Shown here piece by piece: positions 41,653-53,028 of a stretch of 64,000 bases of DNA; within the stretch, counting starts at the first letter, position 1; every line of letters begins with the position of its first letter. This DNA is from Flavobacteriaceae bacterium (GTDB lineage Bacteria > Bacteroidota > Bacteroidia > Flavobacteriales > Flavobacteriaceae). Location: contig CBFHOD010000005.1 in assembly GCA_965657365.1 (NCBI GenBank), positions 1,137 through 65,136 of the forward strand, written 5' to 3'. Under the pieces are notes generated by a model. It had not been told where the DNA came from. It made no database searches and was given only the letters and a program-made list of their open reading frames with translations. A program made the translations under genes and the position numbers.

Positions 41653-43794
41653 ATGAATAAATTAAAATCGTTAATGCTTTCAATACTGTTTGTATCACCA
41701 ATGATACAAGCCCAAGAAAGGACCACAAAAACACAAAAGGGACATATTAATCAAAATAAGTTTAGACAACTTAAAGACGTGTTAGCAACGCCAAATAACC
41801 AACATACTGCATCTGGTGCTCCTGGAATAAATTACAGCCAACAAAAAGTAGATTATGAAATGAGTATTGTTCTAGATGATGACAATCAAAAAATTACTGG
41901 TAACGAAACTATTACCTACCATAATAATTCTGATGACACATTAAAATACCTGTGGGTTCAATTAGATCAAAATGTTAGAGCAAAGGATTCAAAAACTCCA
42001 GACATTACTCCGAGTAGTAAAATTCCAGAAAAATTAAACAAGCGTTGGTATAATGCCATGTTTAGTAAACCTTTTGATGGTGGGTTTAATATCATGAACG
42101 TTAAAAACATTGATGGTAGTAATTTATCTCATACAATCAATCAAACCATGATGCGAATCAATTTAGAAAAACCTCTAGCATCAGGCGAAAAATTTGAGTT
42201 TAAGATCTCTTGGTGGTATAACATTAATAATCACAGAATAAACAGAGGAAGATCTGGATATGAACGTTTTTCAAAAGATGGAAATAACAATTATGTTATT
42301 GCTCAGTTTTACCCAAGATTATGTGTTTATGACAATGTTGAAGGATGGCAAAATGATCAATTTTGGGGACGAAGTGAATTTGCTTTAGAATTTGGTGATT
42401 TTACAGTAGATATTACAGTACCATCAGATCATATCATGCAAGCTACTGGAATTCTTAAAAACGAAAAAGAAGTACTAAGCAAAAAACAACAAAAACGTTT
42501 AGAAGAAGCAAAAAGGACTTATGACAAACCTGTGTTAATTCACACTCAAGAAGAAGCCATATCAGCTGAAAAAAAACGATCAAACAAAACAAAAACCTGG
42601 AGATATTACGCTGAAAATGTTAGAGACTATGCATTTGCTACTTCAAGAAAATTTATTTGGGATGGAATGGCTGTTGATATCAATGGAAGATCAGTAATGG
42701 CTTATTCTTTGTATTCTAAAGAAGCCAATCCATTATATGGTGACCACTCTACTTTAGCTACTGCCCAAACTTTAAAAACTTATTCAAAATATACTTTTGA
42801 CTACCCATACCACAAAGCAGTTTCTGTTGACGGTCAAATGGGAATGGAATATCCACAAATGGCTTTTAATCCCGGAAGACCAGATTTACCAGATGGAGGG
42901 TATTCAGATCGAATGAAATACTTGATGATTAAAGTTACCATTCATGAGGTAGGTCATAATTTCTTTCCAATGATTGTAAATTCCGATGAACGTCAATGGA
43001 CATGGATGGATGAAGGATTGAATTCGTATGTAGAAATGTTAGCTGAATTAGATTACGATCCAAACTTCCCATTAAGAAGAGGACTGCCAAAAAACATCGT
43101 GCCTTATATGGATGGTGATCAATCTAGAATTGCACCTATTATGTCTAAAGGAGATAATGTATATAGCTTTGGTAATAATGCCTATGGCAAGCCAGCAACA
43201 GCGCTTTGGATTCTTCGTGAAACCATTATGGGACCAGAATTATTTGATCATGCTTTCAAAACCTATTCTCAAAGATGGATGTTTAAACACCCCACACCAG
43301 CAGACTTCTTCAGATCTATGGAAGATGCGTCTGCGATGGACTTAGATTGGTTTTGGAGAGGTTGGTTTTATTCAACCGATGTTACTGATATAGGAATCAA
43401 AGGTGTTAAAAAGTTTATTAAAGAAGATGCTGAAAAAGAAGTGAGTTTTATTGAGGATACTTCAGAAGGGTTAACTTTTTCCACAGAAAATGCAAAAAAA
43501 GCAAATTCAAACTTCTTTTATGAAATTACATTTGATAAGCCTGGAGGATTAGTTATGCCAATTATTGCAGAATATACATACAAAGACGGAACTAAAGAGA
43601 GAAAAGTATATCCTGCTCAAATTTGGAGGTATAATGACAAGGAAATAACCAAAGTGGTAAAATCAGATAAAGAGATCGTAGATATTACTATTGATCCTGA
43701 TTTAGAAACTGCAGATGTAGATACATCTAACAACAGTTTCCCAACGAAGCAAGATTCTAAGTTTGAGAAATTCAAAAATAAAATCAAGGGTTAA
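41653..43794 (+). CDS. M1 family zinc aminopeptidase, copy 2
   Basis: GMEYP, HEVGHNFF...WMDEG; full-length paralog of the upstream gene. Confidence 0.92.
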   Translation: MNKLKSLMLSILFVSPMIQAQERTTKTQKGHINQNKFRQLKDVLATPNNQHTASGAPGINYSQQKVDYEMSIVLDDDNQKITGNETITYHNNSDDTLKYLWVQLDQNVRAKDSKTPDITPSSKIPEKLNKRWYNAMFSKPFDGGFNIMNVKNIDGSNLSHTINQTMMRINLEKPLASGEKFEFKISWWYNINNHRINRGRSGYERFSKDGNNNYVIAQFYPRLCVYDNVEGWQNDQFWGRSEFALEFGDFTVDITVPSDHIMQATGILKNEKEVLSKKQQKRLEEAKRTYDKPVLIHTQEEAISAEKKRSNKTKTWRYYAENVRDYAFATSRKFIWDGMAVDINGRSVMAYSLYSKEANPLYGDHSTLATAQTLKTYSKYTFDYPYHKAVSVDGQMGMEYPQMAFNPGRPDLPDGGYSDRMKYLMIKVTIHEVGHNFFPMIVNSDERQWTWMDEGLNSYVEMLAELDYDPNFPLRRGLPKNIVPYMDGDQSRIAPIMSKGDNVYSFGNNAYGKPATALWILRETIMGPELFDHAFKTYSQRWMFKHPTPADFFRSMEDASAMDLDWFWRGWFYSTDVTDIGIKGVKKFIKEDAEKEVSFIEDTSEGLTFSTENAKKANSNFFYEITFDKPGGLVMPIIAEYTYKDGTKERKVYPAQIWRYNDKEITKVVKSDKEIVDITIDPDLETADVDTSNNSFPTKQDSKFEKFKNKIKG

Positions 43795-43815
43795 AATTAT
43801 ATACTCAACAACAAT

Positions 43816-43841
43816 AAAAAAACCCTCCGCTTTGGGAGGGT
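43816..43841 (-). terminator. Intrinsic terminator
   Basis: ACCCTCC-gctttg-GGAGGGT stem with an A7 tract on the left (U tract on the minus strand), between convergent genes. Confidence 0.75.
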
Positions 43842-43871
43842 AAAATCATTTAAAAAAAATAAAATATATTG

Positions 43872-44624
43872 TTAAAGTTTTGTAGATAAATCAGGACGAA
43901 GCATAAAATCATAAGTAGGTCTTGTCCATTCAACTAAACGTTCATTGTATTTTTGATAATCATCTTCCCAAGCTCCTTTTCCATACTGTTCGTCATACAT
44001 ATCTTGAACAACACCATTCTTAGTTTTACCTTCTCTTTCATTTGGATCATTAAATGCAGTAAGTATTCTAATAGTATTGGTATTACCTCCAGAACTCATT
44101 ACAAATACTCCTTGCTGTACATCTGGTCTAGCCTTTTTTAATACTTCAGTGTATCGTCTTAAATAACGCCAAAAATCTTCATTATTCCCGTTTTTTAGAA
44201 CACGTATAAATGAACGGAAATATTTAGTTGGACGAGGCTCTTCAAAATTTATTGACAAACTTTTATTTCTTTGCCATACATAGGCACCTTCTCCTGATTG
44301 AATATATTTTGCTACATTTTTTTGCCAAAAACTAGTCTCTTCTGAACTTAAAGAATTATTGTACCAATCATTTGTTCGACGTGGCATGATTCGCTCATAT
44401 CGTCCATTTTCAGCTCCAGAACCAGTCATTAATACAGCAGTATAAGCAGCATTATCGGCTTTGTTGAAAATTTTTGTTTTTTCTGCAATAGCTTCTTCAA
44501 ATTTTTGATTCATCCCTTTCTTTGGTGTATATTCAAATGTAATCCAAAGTTCAGGCTCGGTATCTTCCTGAGCATATACAAAACCACAGATTAAGAGTGC
44601 GAAAGCGTAAAAATAATTTTTCAT
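43872..44624 (-). CDS. Exported hypothetical protein, probably two tandem dimeric alpha/beta-barrel (NIPSNAP-like) repeats
   Basis: Signal peptide (VYA-Q); two similar halves (YTPKKGMNQKFEE / RVLKNGNNEDFWR). Confidence 0.6.
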   Translation of the reverse strand: MKNYFYAFALLICGFVYAQEDTEPELWITFEYTPKKGMNQKFEEAIAEKTKIFNKADNAAYTAVLMTGSGAENGRYERIMPRRTNDWYNNSLSSEETSFWQKNVAKYIQSGEGAYVWQRNKSLSINFEEPRPTKYFRSFIRVLKNGNNEDFWRYLRRYTEVLKKARPDVQQGVFVMSSGGNTNTIRILTAFNDPNEREGKTKNGVVQDMYDEQYGKGAWEDDYQKYNERLVEWTRPTYDFMLRPDLSTKL

Positions 44625-45032
44625 ATTAAAAATTTAAGGTTAAATCCAAAAATAAAATAATTAATTGTAAAATGCAACCAAAAATAAATAATATCCAAAA
44701 AAAAGCAGTTTTGTATCATTAAAATAAATTCTACATCTAGTGATTAAAAAAAATAGTTAATGTAATATAGAGTTTATAAAATTGAAAAAAATTTAACTCG
44801 TAGAAATACATGATGGTAAAAATAGAGGAGTAAAAAAGAAAAATGGGGGTAGAAATAGAGTTCTTTTTCATAAATTAATATCTCAATCCAAATATAATAA
44901 TGCCATGTTGTTAACCAATTGAATTTTCGATAATGTGATTATTTATTAGATAAAACCACCTTCTACTTCGGCTGCATTAATTAAATATATTTGTAGTCAT
45001 ATGGTGTAAAAAAACAGATTTTATTTTACTTA

Positions 45033-45878
45033 TTAAGATTTTCGAAACATTAACCAAAAGCCTGTTAAGATTAAAGGAATGCTTAAAACCTGACCTGTGT
45101 TTAAACTAAAAATCCAATCTTCCCTACCGTCAACTTGTGCTTCTTTAAAAAATTCAATAAAAAACCGAGCAGACCACAAACCTATCATAAAGAGACCGAA
45201 TAAAAACCCTGTCTTTTTCTTTTTATCTGTTTTCCAATAAAATTTCCATAATACAAAAAACAAAATCAAGTAGCATAAGGCCTCATAAAGTTGTGTAGGA
45301 TGTCTTGGTAACATTTCAGCATCAGAGTTTTTAAAAATAACACCAAAATTAGACCCAGTTGGTTTTCCATAAATTTCTGAATTAAAAAAATTTCCAATTC
45401 TAACAAAAGCAGCACCTAAAGCACAAACAATTGACATTCTATCCAAAATAAAAAGAAGTGACCTATTTAAATGTTTTCTACTATACCAATACATAGAAAG
45501 AATAATTGCAATGGCAGCACCATGGCTAGCAAAACCAGTATAGCCTGTAAATTTCCAGCCTTCTATTAAACCAAAAATGGCTGTCTCTCCTGCAGCTCGT
45601 TTTATGGGTAAAATAATTTCGAGAAGGTTATTTTTATAATAATCCCAGGAGTAAAAAAACACTTCACCAAACCTCATCCCTACAAGCATAGCTATGAAGG
45701 TATACATGAAAAGTGTATCTAGTTTTTCTAAATTTATGTGCTCTTCTATATATATCTTCTTCATTAAACGAAGCCCCATTATAAAGGCTGCAACAAACAT
45801 TAGACTATACCAACGTATCGTAAAAAACCCTAAATCTATTCCTAAAGAAGGATCCCATGTAATTGATAAAAAATTCAT
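45033..45878 (-). CDS. lgt: Prolipoprotein diacylglyceryl transferase
   Basis: IRWYSL, GFASHG, RIGNFFNSEIYG, RHPTQLYE, RFFIEFFK and GQVLSIP motifs. Confidence 0.96.
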   Translation of the reverse strand: MNFLSITWDPSLGIDLGFFTIRWYSLMFVAAFIMGLRLMKKIYIEEHINLEKLDTLFMYTFIAMLVGMRFGEVFFYSWDYYKNNLLEIILPIKRAAGETAIFGLIEGWKFTGYTGFASHGAAIAIILSMYWYSRKHLNRSLLFILDRMSIVCALGAAFVRIGNFFNSEIYGKPTGSNFGVIFKNSDAEMLPRHPTQLYEALCYLILFFVLWKFYWKTDKKKKTGFLFGLFMIGLWSARFFIEFFKEAQVDGREDWIFSLNTGQVLSIPLILTGFWLMFRKS

Positions 45879-45924
45879 ATTTTATTAATTTATTTATTAA
45901 TTTCTAAAATCTTTTTAGAAATAA

Positions 45925-46161
45925 TTATTTTTTTTTTGGAACTGGATCATAACCACTCCCCCCATACGGATGGCAACTAAAAATTCGTTTCAAAGACAAC
46001 CAAGCACCAACTATTAGCCCTCTTTTCTTAAGAGCCTCAATTGTATAATTTGAGCAACTAGGCTCGTATCTACAGCTAGAAGGTGTATAAGGTGAAATAG
46101 CTATTTGATAAAACCTAACTAACAATACCAATGGATAAGTGAGGATTTCTTTAAATTTCAA
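45925..46161 (-). CDS. yidD: Membrane protein insertion efficiency factor
   Basis: [10 protein letters not shown] and [17 protein letters not shown] motifs. Confidence 0.95.
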   Translation of the reverse strand: MKFKEILTYPLVLLVRFYQIAISPYTPSSCRYEPSCSNYTIEALKKRGLIVGAWLSLKRIFSCHPYGGSGYDPVPKKK

Positions 46162-46188
46162 AGTTTACTTATTTTAATTATTAAAAAA

Positions 46189-47667
46189 TTAATTGATTGA
46201 ATACGTAGTTCCTTCTCTCCCATCTTTTAGTTGAATTCCAATAGCTAATAATTCATCTCTAATTTGATCAGATAAGTCCCAATCTTTATTATCTCTAGCT
46301 TCTTTTCTTAACTTTATTAATAATGATACAACACCGTCAATCTTTCCTGAGGATTGATCTTTTGTATCATTAAGAAATCCAAGCACATCAAAAACGAAAG
46401 TATTCATTGTGGTTCTGAGAATATTCAAATCTTTCTTAACTAAAGTATCCTTTCCGTCCTTTAAGTGGTTAATTAATTTAACACCTTCAAACAAGCGTGA
46501 AATCAGAACAGGTGTATTAAAATCATCGTTCATAGCATCATAACAGCTTTTTTGCCAAATACTAACGTCAAACGATGATGTATCACTAGCATTCAAAAAA
46601 TTCATAGCATTTACAGCTTCCATCAATTTTAAGAATCCCTTCTCAGATGCCTCTAAAGCATCACTTGAAAAATCTAAAATACTTCTATAATTGGCTTGCA
46701 TATTAAAAAACCGAACTACACTTGCAGAAAATGGTTTATTTAAAATATTATTTTTACCCGTTAAAATTTCATCTGGCAATATATAATTACCAGTAGATTT
46801 TGCCATCTTTTGCCCATTTAACAATAGCATGTTTGTATGCATCCAATAATTAACTGGATCATGGCCAGAACAGGTTTTAGATTGTGCAATTTCACACTCA
46901 TGATGTGGAAATTTTAAATCCAACCCACCTCCATGAATATCAAATTTGTCACCTAAATATTTAGAACTCATTACAGAACACTCTAAATGCCAGCCAGGAA
47001 AACCCTCTGACCAAGGAGAAGACCATCGCATAATATGACGTTCATCAGCTTTTTTCCATAAAGCAAAATCTTGTGGATTTTTTTTATCAGATTGGCCATC
47101 AAGAACTCTAGTGTTGTGAATGGCATCCTCTATTTTTCTACCCGATAAAATTCCGTAATGATTATTTTTATTGTAAGCTATAACATCAAAATATACTGAA
47201 CCATTAACTTCATATCCTAGACCTTTATCTATAATATCTTTAATCATTTCTATCTGCTCAACAATATGGCCTGTAGCAGTGGGTTCTATACTTGGTGGAA
47301 GAAAGTTGTATTTTTTTAATACATCATGAAAATCAACAGTGTAACGCTGAACAACTTCCATGGGTTCAATTTCTTCTAAACGTGCTTTTTTTGCAATTCT
47401 ATCTTCACCTTCGTCTGCATCATTTTCCAAATGACCAGCGTCAGTGATGTTTCTTACATATCTTACTTTATACCCTAAGTGTAAAAAGTAACGAAAAGCA
47501 ACATCAAAAAACATAAAAGTTCTTAAATTTCCGAGATGTGCATTACTATAAACTGTTGGACCACAGACATACATGCCTACATGCCCATCATGAACAGGTT
47601 TAAAAGCTTCTTTAGTTTTAGAAAGCGAATTGTATATTTTTAATTGATTCTCTTTGTAGAGTTTCAT
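46189..47667 (-). CDS. cysS: Cysteine--tRNA ligase
   Basis: [26 protein letters not shown] and KMAKS motifs. Confidence 0.97.
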   Translation of the reverse strand: MKLYKENQLKIYNSLSKTKEAFKPVHDGHVGMYVCGPTVYSNAHLGNLRTFMFFDVAFRYFLHLGYKVRYVRNITDAGHLENDADEGEDRIAKKARLEEIEPMEVVQRYTVDFHDVLKKYNFLPPSIEPTATGHIVEQIEMIKDIIDKGLGYEVNGSVYFDVIAYNKNNHYGILSGRKIEDAIHNTRVLDGQSDKKNPQDFALWKKADERHIMRWSSPWSEGFPGWHLECSVMSSKYLGDKFDIHGGGLDLKFPHHECEIAQSKTCSGHDPVNYWMHTNMLLLNGQKMAKSTGNYILPDEILTGKNNILNKPFSASVVRFFNMQANYRSILDFSSDALEASEKGFLKLMEAVNAMNFLNASDTSSFDVSIWQKSCYDAMNDDFNTPVLISRLFEGVKLINHLKDGKDTLVKKDLNILRTTMNTFVFDVLGFLNDTKDQSSGKIDGVVSLLIKLRKEARDNKDWDLSDQIRDELLAIGIQLKDGREGTTYSIN

Positions 47668-47853
47668 ATAAACTATCCTTTTAAGGGCTAAAGATAGGCA
47701 CTTTATAAAGAATATAGAAATTCAAGCGATCAAGAAATCAGGTTGTGATTTGTTTTTTTACTCAAATGAGTGTTGTTAGAAGTAATAATAAAAATTGCTT
47801 TTTAAAATTGATGCCTTTTGCATTAATTTTATTTATAAATTTACTTTTAAATT

Positions 47854-48951
47854 ATGTCATCTATTATGGTTAAAAAACAATCTTCCGTATCGTTGCATAA
47901 AGAGGGGCTTTCTAATTTGAAAACTACCAGTGTATCTTCAGCTAACATCATTAAATCAAACAGAAGTAAAAACCCCTCAATAAAAAAATTTATAACAGAA
48001 ATTTTAAAAGGAAACATTACTTATCTCAGTAGGGCTATTACTCTTATAGAAAGCACAAATAAAAAACATCAAAAAAAAGCAAATACTATTCTAGAACAAT
48101 GCCTTCCTTTCGCCAATAAATCTGTAAGAATTGGTATTACAGGGGTTCCTGGTGTTGGGAAAAGTACCTTCATAGAGGCCCTAGGTAAACATTTAACAAA
48201 CAGAAATAAAAAAGTAGCAGTATTGGCAGTAGACCCTAGCAGTTCTCTAAATAAAGGGAGTATTTTAGGTGATAAAACTAGAATGGAACAATTGGTTAAT
48301 GATAAAAACGCTTTTATTAGACCTTCTCCATCCGGATCTTCTCTGGGTGGGGTGGCTCAAAAAACAAGAGAAAGTATTATTCTTTGTGAAGCTGCTGGTT
48401 TTGACACCATCATTGTTGAAACAGTGGGAGTTGGTCAAAGTGAAACCATGGTTCATTCTATGGTTGATTTTTTCTTACTCCTTAAGATTGCAGGTGCTGG
48501 AGACGAATTGCAGGGGATTAAAAGAGGTATAATTGAAATGGCTGATGCTATTGTTATCAATAAATCTGATGGAGAGAATATTAAAAATACCCGCATTGCA
48601 AAAATAGAGTTTAGCAGAGCATTACATTTATATCCACCCAAAGAAAGTGGCTGGCAGCCAAAAGTTCTTACTGCAAGTGCCCTTAAAAAAATTGGTATTG
48701 ATGTTATCTCAAAGATGATAGATCAGTATATATCTTTAACAAAAGAAGGAGGATTTTTTAGTACTAAAAGAAATAATCAAAATACTTTTTGGCTAAAAAC
48801 AACAATAGAAGAAAGCTTGAATAATTCATTTTTTAAAGACAAAAAAATTTCTACTGAATTACAACAAGAAATTGAACTTTTAAAGAATGGTAAAACCACC
48901 CCTTTTAATGCCGCTAAAAAATTATTAAAATCATATCATGGAGAAACTTAA
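47854..48951 (+). CDS. meaB: Methylmalonyl-CoA mutase-associated GTPase MeaB/ArgK
   Basis: GITGVPGVGKST, AVDPSS, GSILGDKTRM and ETVGVGQSE motifs. Confidence 0.94.
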   Translation: MSSIMVKKQSSVSLHKEGLSNLKTTSVSSANIIKSNRSKNPSIKKFITEILKGNITYLSRAITLIESTNKKHQKKANTILEQCLPFANKSVRIGITGVPGVGKSTFIEALGKHLTNRNKKVAVLAVDPSSSLNKGSILGDKTRMEQLVNDKNAFIRPSPSGSSLGGVAQKTRESIILCEAAGFDTIIVETVGVGQSETMVHSMVDFFLLLKIAGAGDELQGIKRGIIEMADAIVINKSDGENIKNTRIAKIEFSRALHLYPPKESGWQPKVLTASALKKIGIDVISKMIDQYISLTKEGGFFSTKRNNQNTFWLKTTIEESLNNSFFKDKKISTELQQEIELLKNGKTTPFNAAKKLLKSYHGET

Positions 48952-50632
48952 TCAACATAAATTTCTTTTACCTGTAAGTATATTTCTATTGAGTATTTTA
49001 AACATAATTCAAAGTAGTTATACTGAGTTATTGCCCGATGAAGCCTATTATTGGGTGTATAGCCAGTATATGGATTGGGGTTTTTTTGACCACCCCCCTT
49101 TGGTTGCTATTTGGGTAACAATCAGTGATTTTTTATTTAATGGTGAATTAGGTGTTCGGTTTTTTTCTGCAATATCTTTTAGTTTGATGATATATTTGGT
49201 TTGGAATACTATTGATCATCCCTCAAAAAATAAATATTCTTGGTTGTTTTTATTACTATTTTTTTCCACTGCCTTGTTAAATGTTTATGGTTTTATCACT
49301 ACACCTGACACCCCTTTATTATTCTTTTTTGCACTATTCCTTTGGTCTTATAAGTATTATTTAACCAAAAAAAATACACTAATTTATTTTACTCTCGCTA
49401 TAGCTATTACTGGAATGATGTACAGTAAATATCAAGGGATTTTAATCATATTTTTCATCTTTTTATCCAACTGGAAATTAGTAAAAGATTATAAAATCTG
49501 GCTCGTTTGCTTTGGGGCTTTAATTTTATATATACCTCATATTTATTGGCAATATGTAAATGATTTTCCCTCAGTTAGGTATCATTTGTATGAAAGGGCA
49601 TCAGTTGCTTCTTATAAGTTTGAATATACCCTTATGCATGTTGTAAATGCTATTGCTATTTTAGGGTTTACATTTATAACCATTTACAAAGCATTTTTTA
49701 AAGGAATAAAAAATAAAGATATTTTTTATAGAGGGTTAAATTCTATTGTTTTGGGGTTTTTCTTTTTCTTTCTTATTTCTTCATTTAGAGGTCATGTTCA
49801 AGCACAGTGGATTGCCCCAATTATGTTGCCTTTAATTTTAATAACATTTAATTATCTAATTGAACATAAAAAAAACATAAAGCTTTTCTGCTATTTAGCA
49901 ATGACCAATATTGCTATAATTTTATTTGCAAGAATTATTATTGCAAAAGAGGGGATTATCCCCACAAAATTAGACTTTCATGGCAATAAACAATGGACTT
50001 TAAAAGTAAAAAAACTCACTAAAAACTCTGATAAACTATTTGTTAATAGTTTTCAAAATGCTTCTATTTATTGGTTTTACACCAAAGAAAAATCACATTA
50101 TCAAAAGAATTACTTAGGTCGAAAAAACCATTATGGCTTTATACCAGGTAATGATATCTTTTCATCAGATTCTATTGCATACATCACTAGAATATCAAAA
50201 GAATCTTCTGAAATAAGAATGAAAAGTTCAGGAAAAGACTCTATTTTTATTTCTTTTTTAAAGGTTTACAAGCCTTTATTAGATATTGAAATTAACTTTG
50301 TAAATGCATCTAACATCGAGATTAACACTTCAATTAATAAATCTTATGATGTTGTGATTAAAAATCCATATTCATTTGATATTAATTCAGATGACATAGA
50401 AGTTCATGTTGCTTTTCAGAATAAAAAAGGAAGTGAAAAATATAGTATTCCTGTCAAGATAAATACTTCAATAATTAAAGCCTTTAGTGAACAGACTCTT
50501 TCTTTTGAGTTAGAGGGTTCATTAATAAATGAGCCCCAGGAATATCCTATCGTAGGTATTGGAATTAAAACTAGCCCAAATATGGATCTAGTAAAAGTAA
50601 GCTCATTAAACAATTTTAAAATTGTTAATTAA
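48938..50632 (+). CDS. ArnT/PMT-like (GT-C) membrane glycosyltransferase
   Basis: DEAYYW, DHPP, TPDTP and SKY motifs with multiple TM segments. Confidence 0.85.
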   Translation: MEKLNQHKFLLPVSIFLLSILNIIQSSYTELLPDEAYYWVYSQYMDWGFFDHPPLVAIWVTISDFLFNGELGVRFFSAISFSLMIYLVWNTIDHPSKNKYSWLFLLLFFSTALLNVYGFITTPDTPLLFFFALFLWSYKYYLTKKNTLIYFTLAIAITGMMYSKYQGILIIFFIFLSNWKLVKDYKIWLVCFGALILYIPHIYWQYVNDFPSVRYHLYERASVASYKFEYTLMHVVNAIAILGFTFITIYKAFFKGIKNKDIFYRGLNSIVLGFFFFFLISSFRGHVQAQWIAPIMLPLILITFNYLIEHKKNIKLFCYLAMTNIAIILFARIIIAKEGIIPTKLDFHGNKQWTLKVKKLTKNSDKLFVNSFQNASIYWFYTKEKSHYQKNYLGRKNHYGFIPGNDIFSSDSIAYITRISKESSEIRMKSSGKDSIFISFLKVYKPLLDIEINFVNASNIEINTSINKSYDVVIKNPYSFDINSDDIEVHVAFQNKKGSEKYSIPVKINTSIIKAFSEQTLSFELEGSLINEPQEYPIVGIGIKTSPNMDLVKVSSLNNFKIVN

Positions 50633-51210
50633 TTAAAACTTTTTTTAAGAAATCTTGAGGTCAATTTAAGTTTTTTCTGAATAAGGTAGAATAAATAACC
50701 AAAAAAGAGACCTGCAATATATCCAACAAATATATCAAGTGGATAGTGAACCCCTAAATAAATACGGCTATAGCCAAATAATAATGGAAATAAGATTAAA
50801 AAAGAAATATATTTAACATGCCTTTTTAAAAGTAAAATGATAAAAAAAGTAAATGTCATTGAAGAAGCGGCATGACCAGAATAAAAGCTATAGCCACCTG
50901 GTTTATAGTCAAATTGTCGTATATATTGAATTACTTCACTTGTATTACAAGGTCTTAAGCGTTCGAATGTATTCTTGATAAAATTAGTGAATTGGTCTGA
51001 AAATGTGATTAATAAAATTAAGAATAATAATAGTAAACCACCATTTTTCCAACCAAATTTTTTAAAAATCAAGAATAATAGTAGAGCAAACAATGGAGAC
51101 CAATTAAACTGATTTGTGATAGCAAGCCAAAAACTATCCCATTGTTCACTACCTAAATTGTTAAGAAAAATAAGTAACTCTTTATCAATTTGTGTTATTC
51201 TATCAAACAA
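50629..51210 (-). CDS. PAP2 family phosphatase
   Basis: KNTFERLRP, SFYSGHA and SRIYLGVHYPLD motifs. Confidence 0.9.
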   Translation of the reverse strand: MFDRITQIDKELLIFLNNLGSEQWDSFWLAITNQFNWSPLFALLLFLIFKKFGWKNGGLLLLFLILLITFSDQFTNFIKNTFERLRPCNTSEVIQYIRQFDYKPGGYSFYSGHAASSMTFTFFIILLLKRHVKYISFLILFPLLFGYSRIYLGVHYPLDIFVGYIAGLFFGYLFYLIQKKLKLTSRFLKKSFN

Positions 51211-51211
51211 T

Positions 51212-52315
51212 TTATTTACCTACTTTTAATAATTCTAATTCAAATATTAAATCAGCTTTTTTAGGAAAAGGCCCACCTCCTGCTTCACCATAACCTAAAT
51301 AATAAGGAATAAACAATCTGGCTTTACCACCGGCTCTCATTTTCATGATTGCTTCTTTAACTCCAGGTATTAATGGTCGTTTATCTAAGGTGAATTTAAA
51401 TGGAGTAGCATTTTTTGTAGATTGAATTAATTTTCCATCAGCTAAATACATCGAATAATTCATAGTAGCTTCAATAGATGGATTAAATCTTTTTCCAGTA
51501 CCTCTCTTTAAAGTTAAAATTTGTAAACCTGATTCTTGTTTTTTTGCTTTTTTTACATTCATCTTTTCATAAAAAACTTTTTTATCTTCGGCAAATTTCA
51601 CTAACCTTTCTTTTTCAATTATTTCCATTTGAGCTAATCTCTCCAATTCTTTTTCAGCACTTTTTGCGATTTCTTCCTCAAAAACTTTAACAGCATCAAA
51701 TGTTTTTGCTACATCACCTTTTTTTACAATCGTAATTTTTTTAATAATATCAGCATTGGCTATGGTGTCAAGAACGTTTAAATCACTAACAACTTTACCA
51801 AAAACAGAATGACATCCTACTCTTGGATTACTGCAATCTTTTAATTGGTTTTCATTAGTGTATGCATCCAACCATGGTGTTGCTTTGTAAGTAATAAAAA
51901 ACTGACTTCCGTTGGTATTAAAACCTGAATTTGCCATAGATAATATACCTTTGCTATCATGTCTTAATTTAGGATTAAACTCGTCATAGAATTTATATCC
52001 AGGACCTCCTTGTCCATTTGCTAAGGGATCTCCACCTTGAATCATAAAATCTTTAATAACACGGTGAAATGTTAATCCGTCATAAAACTTTTTACCTTTT
52101 AATGAATCCGAAACTTTTGAGTTGGTACCTTCAGCTAAAGTTATAAAATTTGCAACTGTTAAAGGAACTTCTTCAGCGTATAACTGAACTATTATTTTAC
52201 CTTTATTGGTCTCAATATTAGCATATATTCCATCCTCAAAGTTTTTGTACTCATCTTTACATGAATTAAAAATTAAGGTAAATAATACTAGGATTTGTAA
52301 ACTTCTTTTTTTCAT
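51212..52315 (-). CDS. Cyclophilin-FKBP fusion peptidyl-prolyl isomerase, lipoprotein
   Basis: [15 protein letters not shown] and TNGSQFFIT; C-terminal FKBP ([10 protein letters not shown]); lipobox FNSC. Confidence 0.92.
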   Translation of the reverse strand: MKKRSLQILVLFTLIFNSCKDEYKNFEDGIYANIETNKGKIIVQLYAEEVPLTVANFITLAEGTNSKVSDSLKGKKFYDGLTFHRVIKDFMIQGGDPLANGQGGPGYKFYDEFNPKLRHDSKGILSMANSGFNTNGSQFFITYKATPWLDAYTNENQLKDCSNPRVGCHSVFGKVVSDLNVLDTIANADIIKKITIVKKGDVAKTFDAVKVFEEEIAKSAEKELERLAQMEIIEKERLVKFAEDKKVFYEKMNVKKAKKQESGLQILTLKRGTGKRFNPSIEATMNYSMYLADGKLIQSTKNATPFKFTLDKRPLIPGVKEAIMKMRAGGKARLFIPYYLGYGEAGGGPFPKKADLIFELELLKVGK

Positions 52316-52323
52316 TTTCTTGT

Positions 52324-53022
52324 TTATTTGATATCTAATAATTCAACTTCAAAAATTAAAGCCATAAATGGTTTAATTATTCCTGGTCTAGGGTTTTCAC
52401 CATACGCTAATTCTTGTGGAATAAAGAATTTATATTGTGAGCCAACTTTCATTAGCTGTAAGCCCTCAGTCCAGCCTTTTATAACTTGGGTTACGCCAAA
52501 TTCTGCAGGAGTACCCCTGTCAACAGAACTATCAAAAACTGTTCCATCAACTGTTGTTCCGTGGTAATGTACTTTAACTCTGTCGGTAGTTTTAGGCTTT
52601 TTTCCTTTACCTTCTTTTAATACCACATATTGTAATCCGCTTTCAGTAGTTTTAACCCCTTCTTTTGTTTTGTTAGCCTCTAAAAAAGCAAGTCCTTCTT
52701 TTCTATAAACTTCATATTTAGCTAGTTCCTCTTTCTTTTTTTCTTGTTGTATTTTTTGAAAATACGTTTGTACCGTTTTTTGAATAGATTTTGAATCTAA
52801 TAACAAATTGGTAGAATCTAAACCATTTCTTATCGCTTGAATTAAAATTTCTTTTTTTACGTCTTCAAAACTATTTTTTAATTGATAAGACATGTTTAAA
52901 CCCACTGCATAACTAACTGAATCTAACTCAGTTTTTAGAGATGTCACTTCTTTACCTTGATTTCCACAGGAAAATAATATTGCTGTAACTAAAATTGCTA
53001 AGGTGTTTCTAATAATACTCAT
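52324..53022 (-). CDS. FKBP-type PPIase (FkpA/Mip type), lipoprotein
   Basis: [29 protein letters not shown] and IPQELAYG motifs. Confidence 0.94.
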   Translation of the reverse strand: MSIIRNTLAILVTAILFSCGNQGKEVTSLKTELDSVSYAVGLNMSYQLKNSFEDVKKEILIQAIRNGLDSTNLLLDSKSIQKTVQTYFQKIQQEKKKEELAKYEVYRKEGLAFLEANKTKEGVKTTESGLQYVVLKEGKGKKPKTTDRVKVHYHGTTVDGTVFDSSVDRGTPAEFGVTQVIKGWTEGLQLMKVGSQYKFFIPQELAYGENPRPGIIKPFMALIFEVELLDIK

Positions 53023-53028
53023 TTTTAT

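Noticed and set aside
40690-43371. Identical 26-32-nt tracts shared by the two M1 peptidase genes, as possible gene conversion or repeats
   Set aside because: The tracts fall in Trp/Met-rich conserved motifs with few synonymous options, and flanking synonymous sites have diverged. Ordinary paralogy explains them.
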